This document shows positions 8,665 through 18,437 of a DNA stretch of 64,000 nt, piece after piece. Below the pieces are notes generated by a model. It saw only the letters and a list, made by a program, of their open reading frames with translations, had not been told where the DNA came from and made no database searches. Each line of letters opens with the position of its first letter. The stretch's first letter is position 1. The DNA is from Candidatus Latescibacterota bacterium (GTDB lineage: Bacteria > Latescibacterota > UBA2968 > GCA-2709665): assembly GCA_963667175.2 (NCBI GenBank), contig CAXXXF010000014.1, positions 160,001 to 224,000 on the forward strand. Direction: 5' to 3'. Made by a program: the position numbers and the translations under genes.

Positions 8665-11600
8665 ATGGACGACGAATCCGCAGGCGCCGGATCACGAAAT
8701 CCCGCTTCCCGCGCCGGAACCCATACTTCCCGCACGTTCGAAATCACCACCCGGAGGCCGGTGGCCATTTTTATGGTCGTCCTGGCCATCGCGGTCTTCG
8801 GCTATATATCCTACCAGCAACTGCCGCTCACCCTGATGCCGGACATCTCCTATCCCACCCTCACCATCCGCACGGACTATCCCGATACCGCGCCCGAGGA
8901 AGTTGAAAACCTGATTTCCAGGAGAATAGAACAGCGGCTGGGGGTCGTCAACAACCTGGCCAGCATCGTCTCCATTTCCCGGGCGGGAATGTCGGACGTC
9001 ATCCTGGAATTCGGCTGGGACACGGACATGAACGACGCTGTACAGACGGTGCGGGAAAACCTGGATCGGCTGAACCTGCCCCGGGGCGTCAACAAACCGC
9101 TCATCCTGCGTTACGATCCGACGCAGGATCCGATCATGCGGATCGGCCTGTACGGCGATGCCGACCTGTACGCGCTGCGGCTCATCGCCGAGGAAGAGAT
9201 CAAACAGGCGCTGGAGGCGATGAAAGGCGTTGCCGCGGCCCGGGTGCACGGCGGTCTGGAAGAAGAGATCCGCGTCGAAATCAATGAACGGCAACTCGCC
9301 CTGATTGGGCTTGGCATCGGCGACGTCAACCGGCGGCTTCGTGAAGAGAACGTCAACCTCGCCGGCGGCAGCCTTCTGGACGGCCAGACCCAGTATATGG
9401 TCCGCACGCTGAACGAATTCCGGACCGTCGACGAAATCCGCAACCTCGTCATCGGACAGAAAAACGGCGCCGATATCCGGCTCAAAGACGTCAGCCATGT
9501 TGTCCGAGGTCATAAGGATCGGGAGATCATTACCCGTGTCAACGGCGTGGAGAGCGTGGAAATCGACGTCTTCAAGGAAGCCGACGCCAATATCGTCGCC
9601 ACCGCGCAGCGGGTACGCGATCGACTGTTCGGCACGCCGGAACAACTGGCCTACGTGAAGCGGCTGAATGCCGGAGAGATCGAGCCGGCGGACGCCGCCA
9701 ACCGGGCCGCGCAGGTGCGGCAGTTCGTCAAGCTCAAGGAAATGACCGGCTACATTGCCTATTCGATGCCGAAAGACATGCAGGTGGAAGTGCTTTCGGA
9801 CCAGTCGCTGTTTATCGAGCGATCGGTCGACGAAGTCAAACAGACCGCCGTCATCGGGGGCGTACTTGCCATCCTGGTGCTCTATATCTTCCTGCGAAAT
9901 CCTTCCCATACGGGCATCGTGAGTCTGGCGATCCCTATCTCCATCATCGCCACGTTTGCGCCCATGAAGCTGTTCGGCGTCTCGTTGAACATCATGTCGC
10001 TGGGAGGCATGGCGCTGGGTATCGGCATGCTTGTCGACAACTCCATCGTCGTACTGGAAAGCATCTTCCGGTGCCGCGAGGAGGGAGACGACGTCGTTAG
10101 CGCGGCGGTGAGAGGCGCCGGAGAAGTCGGAGGCGCAGTCTTTGCCTCCACGCTCACCACGGTCGCGGTCTTCTTTCCGATTGTCTTCGTCGAAGGGGTG
10201 GCCGGCCAGGTCTTCGGAGATATGTCCCTGACCGTGGTCTTTTCGCTTCTGGCGTCACTCGCTGTCGCGCTGTTCTTCATTCCCATGCTGGCATCCCGCC
10301 GGATCCGCATCGGCGAACCCGGAAGCGGACGCGCGGGCTCGTCCGCGGGCGGCGTGTTCAACTCGGAATTGCTGCGGTTCCGATCCCTCGTTCGTCTCAA
10401 GGCGCTCGCGGGCGAACGGTCCCTGACACAGGTCCCCTTCGTGGTGCTCAAGGGCCTCGTCTATCTGCCGTGGCTGGTCTTCGAATGCGTCTGGCGCACC
10501 CTCTGGGTGGTACTCGCGATCGTGATTGTCGTTCTAAAGGCGGCCTGCGTGATCCTCGCGCCCATCCTGTATTTTCCCGCCGCCGTCCTTGTCCTGAAGA
10601 TCAGGAAAAAACCCGCGCACGCATGGCGGAATCTCTGCGCGTGGACCCGAAACCCGGCGCCGTTCGGATCCGGAATTGCCCGGGCCATCTGGCACGATCT
10701 GCTGGTATTCAATGCCCCCGTCGCGTTCGGCGAAGGACTCGCCGGCTGCGTACGATGGACGTGGCGCGCCGCCGGACGTACATGCCGGTGGCCGTTACGC
10801 GGCAGCCGTCTCGGTATCGTCCCGCGTGTTCCCGCGGCCCTGGCCGGCGTTCTCCTGCTGGTCCTGCTCTTCGGACTCGGACCTTGCTATTTCATTCTGC
10901 GATTCGTGATCTTCCAGACGGTCTCGCTGCTGGGAAAACTCCTGATCCTGCTGCTGATGACAACCTTTCCGGCCGGGGTTACGGTCGCGGCTCTGCTGGC
11001 CGCCGTCGCCCTTCCCCTGATCGCGCCCGCAATACACGCCTTTGACGTCGGCTTCGGCGCCATCAGCCGCGCCTATCCTCCGGTGATCCGCTGGGCGCTG
11101 AATAACCGGCTCACCATCGTCTCTATGGCCCTCCTGCCGTTCATTCTGTGCTGGTACTTTCTGGCGCCTCATATCGGCCGCGAACTCATTCCGGCCGTTC
11201 ACCATGGCGAATTCGACCTGGAACTTTCCATGCCCGTGGGCACGCCCCTGGAACGCACCGAGAAGACCGTTGCCGACGTGGAATCACGGGTTCTGAATGA
11301 GCGGGACGTTGCGCGCATTGCCACCGTCGTTGGGGTGGATAAGACCTCCGTATCCACCTCCGACCAGGGAGAACATACCTCGAGGGTCACCATCGTCGTA
11401 TCCGACGAGGCGTCAAACGGCGCAAACGACGCAGGCCGGATCTGGCAGGACGTCCGCACGTTTCCCAATAGAGTATGGGCGGGAATTTCCGGCAACACGC
11501 TACTGGCGAAACGGGAGGCGGACCTCATGTCCCGGCTGCGCGACAGGCTGGGCGACCTCCCGCAGGTTACGGTCGATTTTTCGCGTCCGGCGCTTTTTAC

Positions 11601-12666
11601 GTTCAAGACGCCGGTTGAGCTGGAAATTCGAGGCTACGACCTCGCCAGCCTCGCCAGCCTGGGACGTAGCGTGGAACGCGCCCTTTCGGGTATCCCGGGG
11701 CTTTACGACGTGAAATCCAGCCTCCAGCGCGGGAATCCGGAAGTGCAGATCGTCTACCGCAGGGACCTGCTGGCTTCGTACGGCCTCAATCTGCGCAGCG
11801 TTGCCACGCTGGTTCGGGAAAAAGTGCAGGGCGACGTGGTCACCCGGTTCCGGGAGGCCGACCGACGAATCGACGTTCTGGTCCGCGTGGACGAAGCCGA
11901 TCGGTCCGGCGTATCCGATTTGAAGCGGCTGGTGGTCAACCCGGATGGCGAAGCCCCCATCTACCTTTCCGCCGTCGCCGATATTCAGGTTCGGGAGGGC
12001 CCGAGCGAGATCCGGCGCATCGACCAGCAGCGGGCGGTGCTGATATCGGCCAACGTGGCGGGCATCGATCTGGGGACGGCAACGGGGCTGATCCAGCAGG
12101 CCCTGGAGAAAGTCGAGATTCCCGGGGACGTCTCCTTCGTTATCGGCGGCCAGAACCGGGAGATGCAGACCTCCCTCCGGAGCCTGATTTTCGCGCTGTG
12201 CCTGGCCGTCTTTCTGGTCTACATCGTCATGGCCTCCCAGTTCGAGTCCTTCGTCCATCCATTTGTCATCATTTTCACGATTCCACTGGCGCTGATCGGC
12301 GTTCTCGTCGTCCTCTTCGTGACCGGAATCTCGTTCAGCGTCGTGGTCTTCCTGGGTCTGATCATGCTGGCCGGTATCGTGGTCAACAACGCCATCGTTT
12401 TCGTGGACTACATCAACCACCTGCGCGCCGGCGGCCGGTCCAGGACCGATGCGATCGTACAGGCCGGCTCGGTGCGGCTGCGCCCCATTCTGATGACCAC
12501 GGCAACCACCGTTCTGGGACTCCTGCCCATGGCGCTGGGTCTGGGCGAAGGCTCGGAAATCCGCACGCCCATGGCCATCACAGTGGTCGCCGGCCTGATC
12601 AGTTCGACCGCGCTCACGCTCATCGTCATCCCGACCGTCTATTCCCTGCTGGATCGGGGGGACTGA
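8665..12666 (+). CDS. RND efflux permease (AcrB/MdtBC-like), enlarged to 1333 aa
   Basis: RRPVA, GIGMLVDNSIVVLESI, ASTLTTVAVFFP, GIVVNNAIV, RLRPILMTT, PMAITVVAGL motifs. Confidence 0.95.
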   Translation: MDDESAGAGSRNPASRAGTHTSRTFEITTRRPVAIFMVVLAIAVFGYISYQQLPLTLMPDISYPTLTIRTDYPDTAPEEVENLISRRIEQRLGVVNNLASIVSISRAGMSDVILEFGWDTDMNDAVQTVRENLDRLNLPRGVNKPLILRYDPTQDPIMRIGLYGDADLYALRLIAEEEIKQALEAMKGVAAARVHGGLEEEIRVEINERQLALIGLGIGDVNRRLREENVNLAGGSLLDGQTQYMVRTLNEFRTVDEIRNLVIGQKNGADIRLKDVSHVVRGHKDREIITRVNGVESVEIDVFKEADANIVATAQRVRDRLFGTPEQLAYVKRLNAGEIEPADAANRAAQVRQFVKLKEMTGYIAYSMPKDMQVEVLSDQSLFIERSVDEVKQTAVIGGVLAILVLYIFLRNPSHTGIVSLAIPISIIATFAPMKLFGVSLNIMSLGGMALGIGMLVDNSIVVLESIFRCREEGDDVVSAAVRGAGEVGGAVFASTLTTVAVFFPIVFVEGVAGQVFGDMSLTVVFSLLASLAVALFFIPMLASRRIRIGEPGSGRAGSSAGGVFNSELLRFRSLVRLKALAGERSLTQVPFVVLKGLVYLPWLVFECVWRTLWVVLAIVIVVLKAACVILAPILYFPAAVLVLKIRKKPAHAWRNLCAWTRNPAPFGSGIARAIWHDLLVFNAPVAFGEGLAGCVRWTWRAAGRTCRWPLRGSRLGIVPRVPAALAGVLLLVLLFGLGPCYFILRFVIFQTVSLLGKLLILLLMTTFPAGVTVAALLAAVALPLIAPAIHAFDVGFGAISRAYPPVIRWALNNRLTIVSMALLPFILCWYFLAPHIGRELIPAVHHGEFDLELSMPVGTPLERTEKTVADVESRVLNERDVARIATVVGVDKTSVSTSDQGEHTSRVTIVVSDEASNGANDAGRIWQDVRTFPNRVWAGISGNTLLAKREADLMSRLRDRLGDLPQVTVDFSRPALFTFKTPVELEIRGYDLASLASLGRSVERALSGIPGLYDVKSSLQRGNPEVQIVYRRDLLASYGLNLRSVATLVREKVQGDVVTRFREADRRIDVLVRVDEADRSGVSDLKRLVVNPDGEAPIYLSAVADIQVREGPSEIRRIDQQRAVLISANVAGIDLGTATGLIQQALEKVEIPGDVSFVIGGQNREMQTSLRSLIFALCLAVFLVYIVMASQFESFVHPFVIIFTIPLALIGVLVVLFVTGISFSVVVFLGLIMLAGIVVNNAIVFVDYINHLRAGGRSRTDAIVQAGSVRLRPILMTTATTVLGLLPMALGLGEGSEIRTPMAITVVAGLISSTALTLIVIPTVYSLLDRGD

Positions 12667-12671
12667 GGGAT

Positions 12672-12834
12672 TTAACCTTAATTCCAAGAAGATAACCGCT
12701 AAATGAGTCACAAAAAGCACAAAAGGGTTCGGCGCCAAACAGCGTGTGTCGAAACGCCTTGACCCTGCAGGGTTTTCCTTGTCTTTCGGCTATACGCCCT
12801 GTAACGGATTCGCTGTTTTTGTGCCTCTTGTGGC
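12672..12834. repeat. About 165-bp dispersed palindromic element, copy 1 (family B)
   Basis: Aligns to 52272-52444: cacaaaaa.cacaaa ... tgaccctgcagggttttcc.tgtctttcgg.tatacgccctg ... tttgtgcctcttgtggc; the ends are imperfect inverted repeats. Confidence 0.85.
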
Positions 12835-12849
12835 AAATTGCCTTCTAAT

Positions 12850-12923
12850 AAGTCCATCCGGGCTGCCTGCCTGTGCGTTCGCACGCAGACAGGTGTCCGA
12901 CCCTTGTGACCGAGTGACGGCGT
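12850..12923 (-). repeat. Partial inverted copy of MITE family A carrying a 28-bp palindromic insert (12866-12893)
   Basis: Reverse complement aacgccgtcactcggtcacaagggtcggaca[insert]cagcccggatggactt matches the right half of the 25837 and 36032 elements. Confidence 0.75.
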
Positions 12924-13165
12924 TTGCATGGCAGGTTCCGTCGATTCCCGACGTCCGTGACGTGTCGCGGGTCCCCATTCACGGAAGTTTTCACTTTCCT
13001 TTTCTGCTGAATTCTGTTTTCTTTTTTTGTCGTCATCGGCTCGGGGAAGCGGTTTGCCGGTAACTTTTCCTGTTTTGCGTTGTCTAAGTGAGTGACCGCT
13101 ACGTCGAGAATATGGGAAAAGCCGATTACGACGTTCTTCCATGACGTCGAAAGGGTTTTGACGAG

Positions 13166-14563
13166 ATGATAATTGGTGCGCCCGGTACGTCGCGTCTGTT
13201 GAGAATAGCGCTGCTGTTCACCGTTGCTTCCATGCTCTCGGGACCGCTGGTGGCTGAGGAAACGGCGCCCAGAGACATGCATCTCAGCCTCGCCGAATGC
13301 ATCGAAATCGCTCTGGGCAACAACTCGGCGATTACGCAATCCCGCTTCTCGCGGGAGATTGCCGTTGCCCGGATCGACCAGAATAGAAACAACTTTCTGC
13401 CGTCGCTGAACAGCAACTATCGCATCTCCAGAAGCGTAACCGGCCCCAGGGAAGGCGCAATCTTCGATGCGACAACGCAGACAATCGTCACCACCCTGGG
13501 CGAAGACCGCGTGGGTGGGTCTCAGTCCGTCGGGTCGAGTCTGAACGTTACCATATTCAACGCCGCCGATTTCGCGAATCTCTCGGCCAGCAAGAAGTCG
13601 GCGCGTGCGGCTGAGTTGGACCTTTCGGTAACCCGGCGTCAGACGACTTTTCTGGTGAAACAGCGATATTTCATCCTTCTCCAACGTATCGAGCAACTGG
13701 AACTGGCGAAGGAGCAGGTGAGCTATTCGGAAGAGGACCTGCGCCGCGAAAACACAATGTATGAAATCGGTTCCTCCACCATCGCCGAGGTTCTGAGCAC
13801 CGAGTCGCAGCTTGCGGGCGATCGCGTGACGCTCATCGCCAGGGAAAACGAAGTTGCCACCGCCCGCGCCGAGCTTGCGTTTTCTCTCGGACTCAGTCCC
13901 GACGTCGTTATTTTTCCGACGGAGAAGACGTTTTCAGTCTCCCCGCCCCCGGTCGCATACCAGGAAACGATGAATCGCGCACTGGCGGGAAGTCCCGAGA
14001 TCCAGGCACAAAAACACAGAATGCTCGCAAGCAGGGATCAGCTGAGAGCCACCAGATACAGCGTTCGCTTTCCGAGCATTAGCGGAAGCGCAGGTTACGG
14101 TTGGCAGTTGAACCGGGGCGAGAATTTCGCGGGCGTGGAGGATCTCTTCGTCAAGAACTACTCTTACAGTGCGGGCATCAGCGTCAGCGTGCCTGTTTTC
14201 AACCGGCTGGCTACGGAAAACAACGTCAAGATCGGAAAATTGGAATACCTGAGGAGCCGGGAGCAACTCGACCAGGCGAAACGTCAGAAAGCCATGGATA
14301 TCAGGCTGTCGTTTCTGAACCTCGAACGGCTTCGCCGGAGCGTCACCGCAAACGAAGCGGCCGTGAAATTCCGCGAAGAAAATTTCAGGCTTCAGGACCA
14401 GAGATACAACCTGGGAGGCGGCACGTTTCTCGAACGCCAGCAGGCGCAACTCCAGCTCTTTTCGGCCCGAAACCAGCTTGTGCAGGACAGATTCCAATAC
14501 CAGATCGAACTGGCTCAGCTGGAACTGCACGTCGGCGGGCCGCTCGTTCAGAACGACGAGTGA
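13166..14563 (+). CDS. TolC family outer membrane efflux protein
   Basis: Signal peptide, LSLAECIEIALGNN, two OEP repeats (FLPSL / FPSIS, VPVFN, RYNLGGGT); follows the RND genes. Confidence 0.88.
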   Translation: MIIGAPGTSRLLRIALLFTVASMLSGPLVAEETAPRDMHLSLAECIEIALGNNSAITQSRFSREIAVARIDQNRNNFLPSLNSNYRISRSVTGPREGAIFDATTQTIVTTLGEDRVGGSQSVGSSLNVTIFNAADFANLSASKKSARAAELDLSVTRRQTTFLVKQRYFILLQRIEQLELAKEQVSYSEEDLRRENTMYEIGSSTIAEVLSTESQLAGDRVTLIARENEVATARAELAFSLGLSPDVVIFPTEKTFSVSPPPVAYQETMNRALAGSPEIQAQKHRMLASRDQLRATRYSVRFPSISGSAGYGWQLNRGENFAGVEDLFVKNYSYSAGISVSVPVFNRLATENNVKIGKLEYLRSREQLDQAKRQKAMDIRLSFLNLERLRRSVTANEAAVKFREENFRLQDQRYNLGGGTFLERQQAQLQLFSARNQLVQDRFQYQIELAQLELHVGGPLVQNDE

Positions 14564-14606
14564 ACTGAAGTTGCGCCACACACTTACTCGACCCCCGGAG
14601 GACGTC

Positions 14607-15077
14607 ATGCACATCCGTTGTCGAACCCGCGCGGTCGCCGTCTCGGTCGCCGTCACCGCGTTATGCGTCTCAGCGGATCCGGCCCGGGCGCAGATGAAAA
14701 CCAGAGACTTCCTGTACTCCAAAAAGCTCTACGGTGCGCTGTCGCTGGGTGCGAGCATCTGGTTTTTCACCGAGGCGCACGCAGCCAGGAAAGACGCAAA
14801 CGACGCGTACGAACGGTACAGAACGACCACTTCCTCCCAGACGGCGGGAGACCTCTACAGCGAGAGCAAATCCGGCGATACCAGGGCCGCCATCATGTTC
14901 GGGCTCGGCGTCGGAACCCTGGCGTACTCGGTCCACCTCTTCCTTTCGGATGAAGACGAGGAACTTCCGCCGCCGGAAAAGCGGAACAACCTGGTCGAAA
15001 TGAAAGGCGTAGGCCTGCGCGTCAACGGCGACCTCAAAACCAGGGGCGTCCGTTTGAACCTCAACAAGGCGTTTTGA
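14607..15077 (+). CDS. Hypothetical exported/membrane protein
   Basis: ATG after GGAGG, signal peptide, two hydrophobic segments, ends in a beta-strand with terminal Phe. Confidence 0.7.
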   Translation: MHIRCRTRAVAVSVAVTALCVSADPARAQMKTRDFLYSKKLYGALSLGASIWFFTEAHAARKDANDAYERYRTTTSSQTAGDLYSESKSGDTRAAIMFGLGVGTLAYSVHLFLSDEDEELPPPEKRNNLVEMKGVGLRVNGDLKTRGVRLNLNKAF

Positions 15078-15288
15078 CTCTCCTCTCACCGCGCATTCCT
15101 TCCAGTCCACTGTATTTTCCTTCGCTCGTGAATTGGGATGTATTGGATTCCATGCTCAGTTCCCCTTTTGTGAATAGATGTAAATATTCCTATCTCTTGT
15201 ACGCGCACCATTTCATCCCTTGCAGTCCAGTCCATTGTCTCAAGCATAGGCCAATCCGCCGACCGATCGCCGCTTTGAATGGAATCGT

Positions 15289-15573
15289 ATGTTCGATTGG
15301 GATCCAGCCAAAGCAGCGAGCAATCTACGGAAGCACAACGTCAGCTTCGAACTTGCCGCCACGGTGTTCGTGGATCCACTTTCGAAGTCGATTCCCGACC
15401 AGGATCAAAGCGAGTTCGAGGAGCGGTGGATAACCGTGGGCATCGCTCGAAACGGTCAGTTGTTGGTCGTATCCCACACCTATGTCGACAGCAGCGGGGA
15501 GGTGTCCGTGCGTCTCATTTCAGCTCGCGCAGCCACCCGTAAAGAGCGACGCCAATACGAGACCGACGAATGA
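15289..15573 (+). CDS. brnT: BrnT family toxin (DUF497, RelE-fold ribonuclease)
   Basis: FDWDPAKAASNLRKHNVSF, EERWITVG, VRLISARAATRKERRQYE signature. Confidence 0.92.
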   Translation: MFDWDPAKAASNLRKHNVSFELAATVFVDPLSKSIPDQDQSEFEERWITVGIARNGQLLVVSHTYVDSSGEVSVRLISARAATRKERRQYETDE

Positions 15574-16934
15574 AGACCGAATACGACTTTTCAAAGGGCA
15601 AGCGCGGCAGGTTTTTCAGCTTAGACGCTAAGATGAGCTTACCCACCTCGGATGAGAAGGTTGTATGGGTTGGTCCCGACGGTCCGCTTGGCGGGTTCAT
15701 TGACCAGCAGACGAGGAAGACCCTCGATGCCTATCGCGAGCATCCACATCTGGTAACCGAGCATTCCAACCAGGAATACGACACCGCCCACGGAGGATAT
15801 ACTCATCGGCAACTCTTCGAACTCGTGCAGAACAGCGCGGATGCCCTGCTTGACGCTCCGAAAGGAAAGAGCATCCTGATCCGCCTGACGAGACGTTTCC
15901 TCTACTGCGCCGACGACGGAGATCCCATCGACGAGGACGGTGTCGTAGGGCTCATGTTCGACCGCCTGTCGAGCAAACGGAACACCGCGGCCATCGGCAG
16001 GTTCGGGAAGGGTTTCAAATCGGTCTTGAGGATAACGGATGCTCCAGAGTTCTACAGCCGGTCCGGGTCGTTTTGGTTCGATAAGACGCGTTCGGAGCGA
16101 CAAATAGCTGAGGTCGCGCAGGCCGAGCGATACCCTGTGCTGCGTTTGCCCGAACCCATCGATCCCTCCCATGAAAGGGATTCCGACGAGGAAATGCAGG
16201 AACTGATGAGTTGGGCGACGAACATCGTTCGACTGCCGCTGAAGCCCGGCGCGCATGATGGCCTCGCCCAACAAATCAGGGAGTTTCCACCCGAATTTCT
16301 GCTTTTCGTCGATCATGTCCGTTACCTGACCCTTGAATGTGAAGGAGTCTCCCGAAGTTTCACGTTGCAGCATCGGAAGGAGGAGTTCCATCTCGATACC
16401 GGCGACGAGACTTCGCGTTGGCGGCTTTTCAACACAACCCATACCCTTTCTCCCGATGCGCAAAGCGACTGGGGCTTGAACGAAGACAGCGGCAACGTGC
16501 CGGTCTCGTGGGCGGCGCCGCTGGATCGACTGGATCGCCCCGGACATTTCTGGGCGTTCTTCCCGACACATACCGCGAGTCTCGTGGCGGGTATTCTGAA
16601 TGCGCCGTGGAAAACAAACGAAGATCGTCAGAATCTGCTGCCCGGGCCGTACAACAATGAACTGATCGAAACGGCGGCACGACTGATTGCCGACGAATTA
16701 CCCCGACTCTCGACGCAGGAAGACCCCGCTCGCCACCTGGATGCCCTCCCCCGCAGACAAGAGGCAGGTGACTCGGAACAGAGTGTTCTCCTTCGCGACC
16801 GGCTGTTTGACCATATGCAGGAACGAGAGATCGTCCCCGATCAGCAAGGTAGATAGTGCACCGTCGAACAACTCATGCATCCGACTCGCGAATTAATGGA
16901 CATCACAGACACGGCTTCCTTAGCAGTCCGTTGA
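15570..16934 (+). pseudogene. BrnA-like N-terminal peptide fused to a sacsin-like GHKL ATPase domain; truncated (ORF 15570-16856, frame stays open to 16934)
   Basis: N-terminus MKTEYDFSKGKRGRFF; GHKL boxes ELVQNSADA, DDG, IGRFGKGFKSV; FFPT and LNAPWKTNEDRQNL. TAG at 16854 is followed by 25 more sense codons that run into an IS-like end. Confidence 0.7.
16924..16934 (+). mobile_element. Isolated terminal-repeat fragment of MITE family A
   Basis: cagtccgttga is identical to the left end of the 25837 element and is preceded by cttag; only 11 bp. Confidence 0.45.
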
Positions 16935-17007
16935 TAAGGCACGCCCTCCTGCAATCTGCCGTGTTTAAATTCGGACGGGACGGGATGAGGCGGGGACAGG
17001 GTTTTCA

Positions 17008-17169
17008 ATGCGCCTGCTTGCTCGCATCCTTCAACTTGCCGGGCTGATCTATATGGGTTTCGGCCTGTTTGTCGGCCTCTACGAAGAGGACATCGGCCGG
17101 GAGGTGCGCTTTGCGATCATCGGCGGTCTGATCTTCACGGCCGGCTGGCTGCTGCAGAAACGCGCGTAA
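17008..17169 (+). CDS. Small two-helix membrane protein (53 aa)
   Basis: Manual translation MRLLARILQLAGLIYMGFGLFVGLYEEDIGREVRFAIIGGLIFTAGWLLQKRA; host-like codon usage; below the ORF track cutoff. Confidence 0.7.
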   Translation: MRLLARILQLAGLIYMGFGLFVGLYEEDIGREVRFAIIGGLIFTAGWLLQKRA

Positions 17170-17239
17170 ACGTGAACAGGGCTGTACCTGACACCCGTTG
17201 GCTATTCGAGCATCGGGCGGCGGCCCCGTCGTAAATCGC

Positions 17240-17268
17240 TTGACAAAACCGGCGCCGTCTGCTAATCT
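17240..17268 (+). promoter_or_regulatory. Sigma70 promoter with extended -10
   Basis: TTGACA-17 bp-TAATCT with TGn immediately upstream of the -10. Confidence 0.75.
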
Positions 17269-17321
17269 GAACGGACCGACGCTATCCGCACCCGGCGAAA
17301 CCCGAAGAGGAGACCGATTGC

Positions 17322-17768
17322 GTGGCCAGACAACGGCGCAGACAGATGTCGGTTCTGTTCATACCCGACGACGGATCGCGCACCTTTGTGTTCAAGCTCG
17401 GTACCTGGCCGCTCAGAGCGGCGGCCGGCGCGATTCTCCTGCTGCTCGTCATGCTGATCCTGGAATTCGCGTTCATCTGGAAGATTCAGGAGTGGAGACA
17501 GTCGGCGCAGACCCTGAAGGCAGAAAACAGCCGGCTGAATGAGGAAGTTGCACGCGTGGAGGAACTCGCGCTTACCCTGAAGCGAATCCAGGGAACCAAT
17601 CAGAAACTGCGTCAGATGCTGTTGCCTGACGCGGGGCCGGCGCAGGCTTCCTTCACGAATGCGGTTTCTTCCGGACGCCGGGAGGAGAACGGAAAGCTGG
17701 GCGCGCCCGTCGCCAGCGCGGTCAAGGGCGCTGCCGGGGCACCCCGCGATTCCGTGAATTCCAGATGA
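17322..17768 (+). CDS. Membrane-anchored coiled-coil protein resembling the N-terminal half of M23 peptidases
   Basis: SVLFIPDDGSRTFVFKL, TM helix, coiled coil; no M23 catalytic motifs. Confidence 0.65.
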   Translation: MARQRRRQMSVLFIPDDGSRTFVFKLGTWPLRAAAGAILLLLVMLILEFAFIWKIQEWRQSAQTLKAENSRLNEEVARVEELALTLKRIQGTNQKLRQMLLPDAGPAQASFTNAVSSGRREENGKLGAPVASAVKGAAGAPRDSVNSR

Positions 17769-17905
17769 ATACAGGACGTCCGGCGTCCGGTTCCCGACCT
17801 TTCCGCGACCTCCCCGTTCCATCCGCGGGACGTTGTGATTCCCAACGCGGGGGAATGCCACTTGGACAATCTTCCAAAACAGAAGACATGTGAGCGGACA
17901 TCCGA

Positions 17906-18328
17906 ATGTTAGCGTTCAAACAAAAGCTGGAAAAAGAAGCCATTAAAACGGTGATCGGCAAAGACACGGTGATGGAAGGATCGGTTACGACGGATGAAAG
18001 CATCCGCCTGGATGGAACGCTCAAGGGCGAACTGCATGCATCGGGCACCCTTGTCATCGGTCCGTCCGGAAGGGTGGACGCAGAGGTCGTCCGGGTGCGT
18101 GACGCGGTGATAGGCGGGGAAGTTACCGGAAAACTGGAAGCCGACGGGAGCGTCAAGCTGGAAGCCAGCGCCGTCTTTACGGGTGACATCGCCGCACGTT
18201 CCATCGTCGTGGAAGAGGGCGCCATTATCAAGGGGAAGTGCGCCGCCGGAAACGAAGTTTCGTCGCCCGCGGCGATTGAAAACCAGGAATCTCAGCCTGG
18301 CGAAACAGGGAATGAATCCTCGACCTGA
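17906..18328 (+). CDS. Bactofilin (polymer-forming cytoskeletal protein)
   Basis: TVIGKDTVMEG, IRLDGTLKGE, LVIGPSGRV, GDI.ARSIVVEEGAIIKG beta-helix repeats. Confidence 0.93.
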   Translation: MLAFKQKLEKEAIKTVIGKDTVMEGSVTTDESIRLDGTLKGELHASGTLVIGPSGRVDAEVVRVRDAVIGGEVTGKLEADGSVKLEASAVFTGDIAARSIVVEEGAIIKGKCAAGNEVSSPAAIENQESQPGETGNESST

Positions 18329-18437
18329 CACGAAGGCGTGTCCTGAGAAACCGGCTATACACAAGTAACAGGCGTTCGCGGTTCCCGTCCGCAAACGCCT
18401 GTTTCATTTTGTCAGCCCGCAGAGTTCGAACTTCAGT

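Noticed and set aside
16854-16856. TAG as pyrrolysine or programmed readthrough
   Set aside because: No pyl genes are in the window, other genes here use TAG as a normal stop, and the frame ends 25 codons later at an IS-like end.
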